Shown here piece by piece: positions 9,856-20,430 of a stretch of DNA of 64,000 nucleotides. The position numbers and the translations under genes were made by a program. The stretch's first letter is position 1, and each line of letters begins with the position of its first letter. The stretch spans positions 320,001 to 384,000 of the forward strand of contig CAWCAG010000007.1 of assembly GCA_963793425.1 (NCBI GenBank). The letters are read 5' to 3'. The DNA is from an uncultured cyanobacterium. GTDB taxonomy: Bacteria; Cyanobacteriota; Cyanobacteriia; Cyanobacteriales; CAWCAG01. Below the pieces are notes generated by a model. The model was not told the DNA's origin and searched no databases. It saw only the letters and a program-made list of their open reading frames with translations.

Positions 9856-10352
9856 AGAAAATCCTTGCAGCGGAGACACATTCCCTTATGGGAGTCAGTA
9901 TGACATCCTGTTCAAAACAGAGCAGTTGCACCAGCATCTTTAGCTCCTTGAATATTGATTAATTTTTCCTATTAGGAAAAGGAGAAATTAATCTCAAGAC
10001 TAAATTAACTTGCTGTTGACCTGCTCATTGTACTCAATGCAACAGGTTAAAAGGTAGATCAGTACAATTTACTAAACTTTTTTAAATTTAACTTCTTTGA
10101 TTGCTCATTTGCTCTTGCGAAAAACTCCCTTGTCTCAATTCTCCTTATATCTAGATTTTAATAACTAAATAATGGTTTTAGGAATAATCACCTTCTCAAT
10201 TAAAGTAAGCTCATTTTAGAGAACAGGGCTAAAATGGCAGAGTAAACTTATGGCTATCTTTGGTGTACCCTTTCTTAAGGTAGTTCAATTTTATAACTTA
10301 AAGATTTAACCTTTGCTAAAGAGTAAATATTGTTTAGATAGAGTTTAAGACC

Positions 10353-11237
10353 GTGAGAGCATCCCAACCAAAGCGCAGTCGCTGGCTATATGCAAGCGTT
10401 ATAGTATTAATCCTCGTCTTCGTCGGTTTTTCTATTTTACCTATATTAAATACTGTTGTTAGAGACAATGTATCTTCTAATAAAACAGGAAGTACAGTCA
10501 GGGAAAACCAGCAAGAAGAGCTAGAAACTGAAGCGAGGGGTTATGAGCTAGTTTTAGAGCGGGAACCCAACAATACCGCAGCCCTCAGAGGTATCATTGA
10601 TATTAAGCTACAACAGAATGATATCCAAGGAACTATTAGTCCTTTAGAAACTTTAGCTAACCTCAAACCAGAACAAACTGATTACAAAGTATTATTAGCC
10701 CAAGCTAAACAGCAAGTCGGAGATTATAATGGCTCCGCCCAAGCTTACAATCAGGTTTTGTCATTAAGACCAGGAAATATTAATGCCCTACAAGGTCTAG
10801 TGGGTTTGATGCTACAACAAGATCGCCCGGAAGGGGCTGTTGGTTTGTTACAAGAGGAGTTAAAGAAAGCGAACCAAACTAATGCTGTAGAAGCAGATAC
10901 CATTGATGCGACCTCTATTGAATTGTTATTAGGTCAAGTCTACGCTCAACAACAGCGCTATACCGAAGCCGTAGCAGTTTATGACCAAGCAACTAATAGC
11001 GATAAGCAAGATTTTCGTCCTGTATTAGCTAAAGCTTTAGTGTTGCAACAGCAAGGTAAATACGCTGAGTCTAAGCCCCTCTTTATTACCGCTGTTTCTT
11101 TAGCACCGCATAAATATAAAGACCAAATTAAACAAATGGCTTTAGAAATACCTATTCCTGATGTTGCTCCTCCTGAAGCAATTTCTGATGCTGAATCAAC
11201 TGAAGAGGATGCGGCTGAAGCTACTACACAAGAGTAG
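10353..11237 (+). CDS. Membrane-anchored tetratricopeptide-repeat protein
   Basis: N-terminal TM; GYELVLEREPNN, several TPR units, DFRPVLAKAL. Confidence 0.88.
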   Translation: MRASQPKRSRWLYASVIVLILVFVGFSILPILNTVVRDNVSSNKTGSTVRENQQEELETEARGYELVLEREPNNTAALRGIIDIKLQQNDIQGTISPLETLANLKPEQTDYKVLLAQAKQQVGDYNGSAQAYNQVLSLRPGNINALQGLVGLMLQQDRPEGAVGLLQEELKKANQTNAVEADTIDATSIELLLGQVYAQQQRYTEAVAVYDQATNSDKQDFRPVLAKALVLQQQGKYAESKPLFITAVSLAPHKYKDQIKQMALEIPIPDVAPPEAISDAESTEEDAAEATTQE

Positions 11238-11405
11238 GATTTATCCATTCTTCTCGTCAAAAATCAAGCTCTTCTTCGGGAAAACATTAATATTCTTAAC
11301 AAATAATGTTGAGAATTATTTAAACTTAGCTGTCTCCTCAAGAGATTTCGGAGACAGCATGGTAACTTCAATGGAGTTTGTAAATTACACTGAGTTAGAA
11401 AAAAT

Positions 11406-11612
11406 ATGTTGAACGTGCAATCTACTCAAACAGAAAGTGAACTATTTCGCGAAGATATCAGCGAGTATGTAGCCCAGCTACAACTTCACATGGCGCTGCA
11501 AGCACGTAACTTGGTTCCCAACCTTACTCAACAAGTGGCTGATAGTAGAGAACAGCTATTACAAGAAACCCAGGCTAATATAGAAAAATTAGTTTCTCGT
11601 CAGGAAATCTAA
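11406..11612 (+). CDS. Small conserved cyanobacterial hypothetical protein
   Basis: 68 aa helical protein with YVAQLQLHMALQARNLVP and EKLVSRQ. Confidence 0.75.
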   Translation: MLNVQSTQTESELFREDISEYVAQLQLHMALQARNLVPNLTQQVADSREQLLQETQANIEKLVSRQEI

Positions 11613-11623
11613 AATTTCAACTC

Positions 11624-13243
11624 TCAAGTTGTTTGGTCTGGCTTTCTTTGGGTTCGGTAGACGTTGACTTGTCGATCAAAACCTTTAAAGCGGTACATTT
11701 TCGATTCAGTAAAAATGCTTGCGTCCTTCAGCCGCTTGTAAGTTGCCTCACTAACTACACACTCTCCTGGAGGGCAAACAGCTTCCATGCGAGAAGCTAA
11801 ATTTACTGCACCTCCTAAAACTGTATAATCTACCCTTTGGGAACTACCCACATCTCCTACTACAGCTTTGCCGCTATTGATGGCTACACGCAGTTCTAGG
11901 GGATGATTCCAAGTTTTCTTGCTGTTGAGTTGGTCAAGATGATTCAACATCTCCATAGTAGCGCTGACAGCTCTATCAGCATGATCAGCTTGAGGTTCAG
12001 GGGCCCCAAAAAAAGCCATGATGCAGTCCCCAATAAACTTATCTAAAGTCCCTCCGTATTTAAAAATGGGCTGTAGCATCTCCTCAAAAAAACGATTCAG
12101 CAATTCGGCAATTTCTGCTGGACTCAAACGTTCAGATAAAGCGCTAAAACCGACTAAATCAGCGAAAAGGATGGTAATGTCAGCTTCTTTAGGTTTAATA
12201 CGGCCATGTTCTATTGCTCCCACAGAAAGTAGTTGCTGTACCACCGCAGGAGAGTGATAGCGTTCTAATTGCTGCCGAATTTGAGCTTCCCCTTGTAGTT
12301 TCCTGGTTAATAGCCAACGCTGGACGCTGGAGGCAACTAAGTTTGCCAAAGCCGAAAAGAAACTCAAGTCATCTTCATCTAATTTGTCTGACTCAGTTAA
12401 ACGCAAATGAGCGTCAGCATAGAGTACTCCCACAACTTCCTTTTCATCCCATAAAGGAACCGCTAAAGCACCACGAATACCGTTAGCAAGAATACTATTT
12501 TCTCCTTCAAAACGCTTATCAGTTTGGGCATCAACAGTTTTGATCGCGACTTTTTGTGCAAATACTTTCTTGCAGATGCTACGGCTGATCCAATTACTAT
12601 CTTTTTTAAAATCTCGGTCTAGGGTTGGCGCTCTTGTTGCTGCGTCTATGATAGATAAATCTCCTGTGCTGCGGACATCGACTAAAAGTGCTAAACGTCC
12701 AATATCTTTAAGCTCTCGGAAGACAACCTTTTGTACTTGCTGAAAAATGGCATCAATAGACTCTGCTGAGTTTAGTCCTTTAGCAATTTCAACTAAATCT
12801 TTGAGTCTGGCGATCGCTTGTTTTTGATTATCCTGAATGCTTTTATCTCGATCAGCTTTGATCCATTGTTGTTGCAGCTCTTCTGCATTACGTAAAATTG
12901 TCCTTCTTTGGCTTCCTGGGGGTAAGGGTAAAGTTTCCTTAGCAGCTTGTTGCGGTAAGTAGACGATGATAACAACGTTACCAATTTGGATCACATCTCC
13001 GTGAGTAACATTTTGGGGAGAATCAGAGTTGAGGCGGAAACGATTTAAAATAGTTCCATTGACGCTATTTAAGTCCTCAACAGCCCATTCACCACCACCT
13101 ATTTTTTTGATACAGGTGTGGGAACGAGATACTTCAGGAAAAGGTAAACAGAGATCACATTCTGGCAAACGACCAATAATAAACTCATCTTTCGCCACAT
13201 CCACTGTTTGATTGGTTTTTCCCTGAATGTGTAGACTTAGCAT
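11624..13243 (-). CDS. Class III adenylate cyclase with FHA and GAF domains (CyaD/Cya1 type)
   Basis: FHA IGR...VSRSH...SVNGT; GAF; catalytic FADLVGFS, KFIGD and DYTVLGGAVNLASR; likely start ATG 13243. Confidence 0.92.
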   Translation of the reverse strand: MLSLHIQGKTNQTVDVAKDEFIIGRLPECDLCLPFPEVSRSHTCIKKIGGGEWAVEDLNSVNGTILNRFRLNSDSPQNVTHGDVIQIGNVVIIVYLPQQAAKETLPLPPGSQRRTILRNAEELQQQWIKADRDKSIQDNQKQAIARLKDLVEIAKGLNSAESIDAIFQQVQKVVFRELKDIGRLALLVDVRSTGDLSIIDAATRAPTLDRDFKKDSNWISRSICKKVFAQKVAIKTVDAQTDKRFEGENSILANGIRGALAVPLWDEKEVVGVLYADAHLRLTESDKLDEDDLSFFSALANLVASSVQRWLLTRKLQGEAQIRQQLERYHSPAVVQQLLSVGAIEHGRIKPKEADITILFADLVGFSALSERLSPAEIAELLNRFFEEMLQPIFKYGGTLDKFIGDCIMAFFGAPEPQADHADRAVSATMEMLNHLDQLNSKKTWNHPLELRVAINSGKAVVGDVGSSQRVDYTVLGGAVNLASRMEAVCPPGECVVSEATYKRLKDASIFTESKMYRFKGFDRQVNVYRTQRKPDQTT

Positions 13244-13888
13244 AGATTCTCGTCTAGATGGACAGCACTTACCCAAGGTGAGCTAGGGTTTGTAGCCATT
13301 AAAAAATTTCCTGATGATACTACGACTTAAATACTTCTACAACACCGACAAACAAATTTTCCAGCCACAGTATTTAAGCCGCTTCTAGAAGTTAGTCACT
13401 TCGAGTAGTTGATGGTAGTAAATCCTTTGGTAGATTGACCAAATTCAATACTTTTGTTTGTCTGGTTAAATTATCTAAAACGATTTCACCAAAGTTAGAT
13501 TTTAGTTTGCTGTAGAATAGGCTGATGGCTGGATGCTTATAGATGCTTTCGCCTGGAATCTTAAAATACGTAAGACCAATGGGTAAATCTACAATAATCC
13601 GAGGCGGATCGCTCGAAAGGAACTATTGGAGGATTGTTTCTCAATCTTAAGTTAAATTCTAACTGATTTCTACCGGGGTTAAATTGCCAGTTTTCAACTA
13701 TAGCTACTCTGCTTAGTTTTGTCAGCTTTTCCATACTTGTTTTTAGTGATTTTCTGCTAAAACTTATTTTTCAATATGGCGACCACGTCTTAATTTTGCT
13801 CGGAAGGCTTTTCCTGGCTACCGATTTAAGCACCAAATAAGCTAATCTTGCTCTTGATATTAATTTCTTAAGCATTTCTATCTTATTT

Positions 13889-15655
13889 ATGAATAAAATT
13901 CTGTGTCGAACAGCCCTAGGTGGTGTCATAGCAGGAAGTGTCTGGCTAGAATTAGCTACTATGTCCCCAGCAGAATCAACTCTATTTCTTTCTTATCCTC
14001 CGGATAATCACCAAACCACTGCTTCGCAAATCTTTTTAATCGGTAGTGGCAATCTAGATGTTGATGTTTCTATTAATGGCGAAGTGATTGAACGCAGTTC
14101 TCAAGGCTATTTTGCTCCTAGTTTTCCTTTAGAAATGGGAGAAAATTTATTTACTATTCGCCAAGGAAATCAAGAGGTTAAGCTAAAAATAATTAGGACT
14201 TCTGAACAAGCGACAGTGCCTCAAGGAGTAACCTTTGCTGAAAATTCCTTAACTCCACAAGTTGACTTAGCCAGATTACCAGGAGAGTTGATTTGCTTCA
14301 GTGCGATCGCCCCTACCAATGCTACGATTTCTGTACAAATAGGGACTGAAGATATTCCTTTATTTCCCCAAGATGCAAGTATATATTTGCCCCCCAACTC
14401 CGCAGCTTTAACCGCTGAAAATACTTCTGCTGCTACAACTATTACTAATCAATATCAAGGTTGTACTTCTTTTGCTAATCCAGCTAGTTTAGGACAGCCT
14501 CTTTACCAAATGAGTTTAAATGGAGAAACTGTTAGTCAGGAAAGTCCCGGACAAATAGAGATACTTACTCCTCAGCAACTACAAACCGTGGAAGTAACAG
14601 CCACAGCAGGAGTTTCTCGAACTGGTCCTAGTACTAACTATTCCCGCCTTACTCCTTTGCCCCAAGGCACTAGGGCTGCTGTGACCGGTAAAGAAGGAGA
14701 ATGGTTACGGCTAGATTATGGTGCTTGGCTCAAAAAAGAAGAAACTCGTCCCCTGCCAGGAATTACTCCTCCTCAATCTTTGATCCGTAGTATTACATCT
14801 CGGCAAGTATCTGGGGCCACAGAAATAGTTTTTCCTTTACAAATACCTGTACCAATAAGTATAGAGCAGGGTGAGAGAACTTTTACCCTAAATTTATATA
14901 ACCTTACAGCCCAGACTGATATTATCCGTCTTGACGATGATCCTTTAATCAAACGCCTCGATTGGCAGCAAGTAACACCATCACAAGTACGCTATACCTT
15001 TAATCTTAAATCCGAACAGCAATGGGGCTATGACTTGAGATATGAAGGGAATAATCTCATTTTGTCTCTGCGCCATCCTCCCTCTATATCCAGGAATTCC
15101 CTCGAAGGTATTAGCATTTTAATTGATCCTGGTCATGGAGGAGAAGAATTGGGAGCCAGGGGACCTAATGGCTTGCCAGAAAAGGAAGTTAATTTAATTG
15201 TTTCTAAGCTATTACAACAAGAATTAGTAGCACGAGGGGCAACAGTTTACCTAACCAGAGAAACGGATATTGATGTTTCTTTAGGAGATAGGGTAGAAGC
15301 GATCAATAAACTGCAACCAACTTTAGCCCTATCTGTCCACTATAACGCTTTACCTGATAGTGGTGATGCTCTCAATACCGCAGGAATTGGTATGTTTTGG
15401 TATCATCCTCAAGCCCACGATTTGGCTGTGCATCTACACAATTATTTAGTTGATAAATTGAGTCGTCCTTCCTATGGGGTATTTTGGGATAACCTTGCTT
15501 TAACTCGTCCCCACAATGCCCCAAGTCTACTAATGGAACTAGGTTTTATGATTAACCCTGAAGAGTTTGAGTGGGTAACTAATCCTCAACAACAAGAAAA
15601 ACTAGCCCAGGTGATCGCAGAAGGAATATCCGTTTGGTTACAGGAACAACGCTAG
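13889..15655 (+). CDS. N-acetylmuramoyl-L-alanine amidase (Amidase_3) with an SH3-like region
   Basis: Signal peptide; IDPGHGG, EKEVNL, LSVHYNA and LMELGFMINP. Confidence 0.93.
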   Translation: MNKILCRTALGGVIAGSVWLELATMSPAESTLFLSYPPDNHQTTASQIFLIGSGNLDVDVSINGEVIERSSQGYFAPSFPLEMGENLFTIRQGNQEVKLKIIRTSEQATVPQGVTFAENSLTPQVDLARLPGELICFSAIAPTNATISVQIGTEDIPLFPQDASIYLPPNSAALTAENTSAATTITNQYQGCTSFANPASLGQPLYQMSLNGETVSQESPGQIEILTPQQLQTVEVTATAGVSRTGPSTNYSRLTPLPQGTRAAVTGKEGEWLRLDYGAWLKKEETRPLPGITPPQSLIRSITSRQVSGATEIVFPLQIPVPISIEQGERTFTLNLYNLTAQTDIIRLDDDPLIKRLDWQQVTPSQVRYTFNLKSEQQWGYDLRYEGNNLILSLRHPPSISRNSLEGISILIDPGHGGEELGARGPNGLPEKEVNLIVSKLLQQELVARGATVYLTRETDIDVSLGDRVEAINKLQPTLALSVHYNALPDSGDALNTAGIGMFWYHPQAHDLAVHLHNYLVDKLSRPSYGVFWDNLALTRPHNAPSLLMELGFMINPEEFEWVTNPQQQEKLAQVIAEGISVWLQEQR

Positions 15656-15660
15656 TTATT

Positions 15661-15688
15661 AATTGATAATTGATAATTGATAATTGAT
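15661..15688. repeat. Heptamer tandem repeat (AATTGAT)x4, STRR-like
   Basis: Read directly from the sequence. Confidence 0.85.
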
Positions 15689-15768
15689 TGATTTAGTTAA
15701 ACTTCTCTTTATCTCTGAAGATAAATGTCAGCTTGACAGGCTGTATTCTAGTTTGAATACGCAACAGC

Positions 15769-15876
15769 TTATCCCTTATTTTCTTCTGACTCAACTACCA
15801 TCCATTTACCTGTTTTTGGGTCGCGGCGCGTTGTGAAAGGATTTTTTTGTAAAGGCTTTTCACAAAGTTTAGGCAT
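15769..15876 (-). CDS. Small protein missing from the ORF track, 35 aa: MPKLCEKPLQKNPFTTRRDPKTGKWMVVESEENKG
   Basis: GGAGG Shine-Dalgarno 8 nt before ATG; clean ORF; RDPKTGKW beta-hairpin-like motif. Confidence 0.7.
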   Translation of the reverse strand: MPKLCEKPLQKNPFTTRRDPKTGKWMVVESEENKG

Positions 15877-15994
15877 TTTTATTTCCTCCCTAGCTGCCAT
15901 AGCAATAACCTCTATTGCCAACGAAACTTGCTTTATTTGATTTTAGTAGCAATTGAGGTTGGCAAAAGGGAAACATATTGATTTTGAGTAATAA

Positions 15995-16032
15995 ATCAGC
16001 TTAAGCTCTCTTAATGTAGAGCTTAAGCTGAT
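15995..16032 (-). terminator. Terminator-like hairpin after susA
   Basis: Perfect 15-bp stem ATCAGCTTAAGCTCT/AGAGCTTAAGCTGAT with an 8-nt loop. Confidence 0.75.
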
Positions 16033-16049
16033 AGCAATTGTGGGGCAAA

Positions 16050-18470
16050 TTACCGATGATTATGCTGTTCGAGAATTTGTTTAGCCCGTGGCTTATAAAT
16101 TAGATAAAACAGTGATTCGAGATAGCGTAATAAGTCTTCACGATTTTCTTGGGAAGTAAAGTTCCAGAAACCATAAATACGCGCCAAAGACAAAAGCTTT
16201 GTGGTATGGATTTTCCAAGTATAAGTACTATATACTCGCTCCATGCCTTTTTGAGAAATTTCTTGCCAGTAACTAGGTTCTTTTTCACACTTCGTCACAA
16301 ATTCTAAGATTTTCTCAGCAGTTTCTTCTAAGTTAGTGGGGTTAATGTAGAAACCGTTTATCCGATCTTGAATGATTTCTAAAGGTCCACCAAATTGAGT
16401 GCCAAAAGTAGGCAAACCAGAAATCATTGCTTCTAGAATTGTTAGACCAAAAGCTTCAAACAAGGCTGGTTGTACAAACATACCTTGGTGATCAGCAATA
16501 ATACGATAAACTTCTCCAGAATCGTTTTTAGGTAGTCTGACACCTAACCAACGCATTTTTCCATAGAGATTGTATTCTTCGATAATTCGATAAAGCTTTT
16601 CAATTTCTTCAATTTCTTCTTTATCCTCAGAATCTTCTACCCGCAACTTTCCAGAAATAATAATTAGGTTACAATGCTGCTGTAACTCTGGAGAACGGCC
16701 AAAACATTCTGCTAAACCAGTTATGTTCTTGATCCGATCTAAACGTGCCACAGAAAAGAGGGGTCGCTTATTTGGATCATCTAGCTTGCCAACAACTTGG
16801 CTAGGATCTTCAAGGTTGAACAATAGTTCCTCTAATTGTTCTACACGGTTAGGAGTTCTATCTTCATTACGGGTGTAAGGAAAATAGACGCTTTCATTTA
16901 CTCCCGGAGGGACAACATTGAACTTAGGAGAGAATAATTCAATACCACTAACTACATGGTACAAATCTGGCATAGTAAAGCTTTCATAAGACTCATATTG
17001 CCCTACGCTATCTGGCTTGCCAACAATTTCTTGATAAGTACTGCTAATAATACAATTAGCTGCATTCATAGCAATTAAATCGGCTGTAAATTGGAGAGAA
17101 AAATGATAATTATCTTCCAAATCCTGCCAATATAAATTACTAAACAAATACTTTGATTTTTCCAAAGCATGGGCAACATTAAACTGAGTTACTCCTAGTC
17201 GTCTTGCTAGCAAGAAAGCAACTAAATTACCATCGGAATAGTTACCAACAATAAAATCAGGTTTACCTTGAAACTCTGCATAAAGTTCTTTCTCAGCATC
17301 AATAGCATAAGTTTCTAGATAAGGCCAAATTTCAAAACGAGAAATCCAATTCTGAGTCATGTTAGGATTAAATTCTCGGAATGGTACACGCAAAATCCAA
17401 GCATTGTCAGCACCGTATACTTTCTCTAGGCGTTCGTTACAACGAGTACCATCGCTGTTATGAATTAAGCGAGAAAGGATAATTACTTTTGGTTTGACGT
17501 TTAAACCATCTAACCCAGCTAAGTGAATATCTTCTTGAAGCTGTTTTTCTAAATTAACAGCCTGATCAAGAACATAAACAACCTGTCCCCCTGTATCCGG
17601 TCTTCCTAAAACTTTTTCTTGTCCAAACCAGCCATGAATAGAAACAAGGACGATACGGAAAATCATCGGTATGCGAGAAAGAAATGCTTCTAGTACTTGA
17701 TCGTCAGGAGAGTCTAGCAGTTCATCAAGCATTTCTAGGGTTTCTTTGACCCGACTGGCGGTATTTCCCCAACCAGGTTCAAAACCCATATCTTGGAGTT
17801 CAAAACGAAATTCTTCGTAGGGTTTATTACCTGGTAAATCACTAAGAAAACTTAAAGCATTTTTAACTTGGTCAGAAAGATGTGGCTGGTTTTTGATGCG
17901 GCCGTTGATTAGTAAAGTTGTGCCATTGTAACTATGTAGGTTCAGAAAAGAAAAGAGTGCTTCTAGCCATTGTCGAGGATCTTGAAAGAGTTTACTGGAA
18001 AGAAAGCGATTGAGAAAAGTAACTCCTTTACCAATATTTTTAGAGTCACGGATGGTAGGAGAATAATCATAAAAAGGTTTAAAATCTATCTCAAAAACAT
18101 TTCCTTCTTCAGGATGAAAATGATTAACAAAACGATCCCTTACATCTAATAATTCCTCAATGCTTAGTCGCTCAACTGTTAAATCTCCTAAAATACGATA
18201 GCCTTCTTGCTTGGCTATTTTAGGTCGTAATACGATACACAAACTTTCTTCTTCAAGAAGAATTTCTTGGGTATAGTAAATCATTTTACCCATGCGAGAA
18301 TAGTTATGAAAACTCTCTGGCTTTTGCGATTTTAGACAAAAATCAGTAAAAGCACTCAATATTTCGTTACGCAGTAAATAATGCTGTTCTAGTCCTTTTA
18401 ACTCACTGAAAAATTCCCGCAGATCGCCTTTTTCTTCAGAATCAAGAACCGCATCAATTAAATTGAACAT
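16050..18470 (-). CDS. susA: Sucrose synthase
   Basis: 806 aa; VLGRPDTGGQVVYVLDQ, GNYSDGNLVA, HALEKSKY and QPALFEAFGLT. Confidence 0.96.
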   Translation of the reverse strand: MFNLIDAVLDSEEKGDLREFFSELKGLEQHYLLRNEILSAFTDFCLKSQKPESFHNYSRMGKMIYYTQEILLEEESLCIVLRPKIAKQEGYRILGDLTVERLSIEELLDVRDRFVNHFHPEEGNVFEIDFKPFYDYSPTIRDSKNIGKGVTFLNRFLSSKLFQDPRQWLEALFSFLNLHSYNGTTLLINGRIKNQPHLSDQVKNALSFLSDLPGNKPYEEFRFELQDMGFEPGWGNTASRVKETLEMLDELLDSPDDQVLEAFLSRIPMIFRIVLVSIHGWFGQEKVLGRPDTGGQVVYVLDQAVNLEKQLQEDIHLAGLDGLNVKPKVIILSRLIHNSDGTRCNERLEKVYGADNAWILRVPFREFNPNMTQNWISRFEIWPYLETYAIDAEKELYAEFQGKPDFIVGNYSDGNLVAFLLARRLGVTQFNVAHALEKSKYLFSNLYWQDLEDNYHFSLQFTADLIAMNAANCIISSTYQEIVGKPDSVGQYESYESFTMPDLYHVVSGIELFSPKFNVVPPGVNESVYFPYTRNEDRTPNRVEQLEELLFNLEDPSQVVGKLDDPNKRPLFSVARLDRIKNITGLAECFGRSPELQQHCNLIIISGKLRVEDSEDKEEIEEIEKLYRIIEEYNLYGKMRWLGVRLPKNDSGEVYRIIADHQGMFVQPALFEAFGLTILEAMISGLPTFGTQFGGPLEIIQDRINGFYINPTNLEETAEKILEFVTKCEKEPSYWQEISQKGMERVYSTYTWKIHTTKLLSLARIYGFWNFTSQENREDLLRYLESLFYLIYKPRAKQILEQHNHR

Positions 18471-18906
18471 GAAAATTCCTTAACAGCCTAGCAATAATGG
18501 ACTAACTACATGAAAAGTTACGAACCCTACTTGTATTTTTAAGTATTAGAGGATTCGATAAATTTGTGAATTGATAACTTGTTGTCAATTGCTTTTTGAG
18601 TTAAACAACTAACAACAAATAACTGACCTCAAATGCGTTTTGCGTAACTGCTTTTACGTATATATTGTGGTGTTTTAAAAAAACAGGCACAGCTATGTAG
18701 AAAGGGAACTTCTTGTTTGAAGGTTATAGTAAGCAAAATCACTTACTCCCTCACAATAATTGCCAGCTTATAAATACGAGCCGAGCAGTTACGCATCTCG
18801 CTTTCAACTATAAACTATCTATCATCTAATCTGAAATAATTAATCTTAAAATACAGATAATTTTTTCATGAGGTTGTTACCTTGAACTAAATTCAATTTA
18901 GGCAAA

Positions 18907-20430
18907 TTACAAGGTGTAAATTGCTCCATATTTAGTTTTGATGTAATTCATTAGGGGGTCAATACGTAACTTCGTACCTGTAACTAACTTAATCAACTCT
19001 TCTGGAGTGTACTTTTTGCCATGTTGGTGAATATTTTCTTTCAGCCAACTGTGTAATGTGCTAAAGTTGCCTCTGGCGATCTGAGCCGGAATTTCTGGGT
19101 GAGCCAATGTAGCCGCATCAAAAAACTGGCAACCGATTAAATTACCCAAAGTGTAGCCTTGGAACATACCACCGATTTTTCCTGTATACCAGTGAACATC
19201 TTGTAAAACCCCTTCCCTATCGTTAGCAGGGGTAATACCAAGGTTCTTAAAGTAAAGCTCATTCCAAGCATCAGGGAGGTCTTGAATAGATAAACTACCT
19301 TCGAGCATTCGGATTTCGAGATCAAAGCGGATCATAACGTGGAGATTATAGGTTACTTCATCAGCATCAGTACGAATTAAGGATCTCTTAACTTTATTGA
19401 TCGCTCGGTAAAAAGTATCTAAAGGTACTTGATTTAGTTGTTCTGGGAAAAAGGCTTGTAATTTAGGATAGAAAAATGTCCAAAATCCTCTACTACGACC
19501 AACAATATTTTCCCAAAGGCGAGACTGACTTTCATGAACTCCAGAAGAAGTACCGCTAGCAAGAGGAGTTCCTTCATAACAGGGATCTATTCCTTGTTCG
19601 TATAAACCATGACCCATTTCATGAATAGTGCTGAAAAGAGCTTGATCAAGATCATTTTCATAAACGCGGGTAGTAATGCGTACATCTCCTATAGAAAAAG
19701 GAATCATGAAAGGATGGTGGGTTGTATCCTGTCGCCCTCTTTGGAAATCATAACCTAGCTGTTTGATAATTCTTATGGTAAAGTCTAACTGCTGTGCTTC
19801 AGGATAATGTTGGTGCAAACAACTATCATCAGCAGGTTCTTGGCCGCAAATTGTCTCGACAAGAGGGACTAACTCTTTTCGTAGTTGCTTAAATAGCTGT
19901 CGTACGCTAGAAGTTTTCATGCCGTAGTCAAGCTGATCAATTAGAGGATCAGCAATATGTTCGTAGCCAGGGAAGAAATTTGCATATTCTCGACTCAGTT
20001 CTAAAGTTTTTTCTAGGTAGGGCTGAACAGTTTTAAAATCGTTGGCAGGCCTTGCTTTAGCCCAAACTTCATAGGTCTTAGTTTGGTGTTCCGATAACTT
20101 AGCCATAAACTTCCCTGGAACCTGCACTGCCTTTTCGTACTTGCGACGAGTGACACGGATTAAACTAGCATCATCTGATTCGTAGGGGAGGTTGTTTTCG
20201 TAGGAGCGTAAATGCTCTATAAGCTGACCAAATTCTTCAGAAGTAAACTTTTCGTGAGCAATTTGATCTAAGGTTGCTAGTTGTTCTCCTCTTGCCCTAG
20301 CACCTCCAGGAGGCATATAAGTTGCTTGATCCCAATAGAGTAAAGCTGCAGCGCATTCGAGATGATTTATTTCCTTGAGACGAATTTTTAATTCTTGAAA
20401 TTTTGGATGAGTTTTTTCGAGAGTTTGCAT
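18907..20430 (-). CDS. Carboxypeptidase M32 (Taq-type)
   Basis: HPF, HEMGH, HESQSRLWEN, IRTDADE and QDVHW. Confidence 0.96.
   Translation of the reverse strand: MQTLEKTHPKFQELKIRLKEINHLECAAALLYWDQATYMPPGGARARGEQLATLDQIAHEKFTSEEFGQLIEHLRSYENNLPYESDDASLIRVTRRKYEKAVQVPGKFMAKLSEHQTKTYEVWAKARPANDFKTVQPYLEKTLELSREYANFFPGYEHIADPLIDQLDYGMKTSSVRQLFKQLRKELVPLVETICGQEPADDSCLHQHYPEAQQLDFTIRIIKQLGYDFQRGRQDTTHHPFMIPFSIGDVRITTRVYENDLDQALFSTIHEMGHGLYEQGIDPCYEGTPLASGTSSGVHESQSRLWENIVGRSRGFWTFFYPKLQAFFPEQLNQVPLDTFYRAINKVKRSLIRTDADEVTYNLHVMIRFDLEIRMLEGSLSIQDLPDAWNELYFKNLGITPANDREGVLQDVHWYTGKIGGMFQGYTLGNLIGCQFFDAATLAHPEIPAQIARGNFSTLHSWLKENIHQHGKKYTPEELIKLVTGTKLRIDPLMNYIKTKYGAIYTL

Noticed and set aside
13480..13625. 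Minus-strand frame FLSSDPPRIIVDLP resembling an AMIN-domain motif beside the amidase
   Set aside because: A stop codon lies immediately upstream, there is no start or SD, and the strand is opposite to the amidase; probably chance.
15730..15772. TAAGCTGTTGCGTATTCAAAC (minus strand) as a possible MITE end
   Set aside because: No matching partner end or second copy found in the window.
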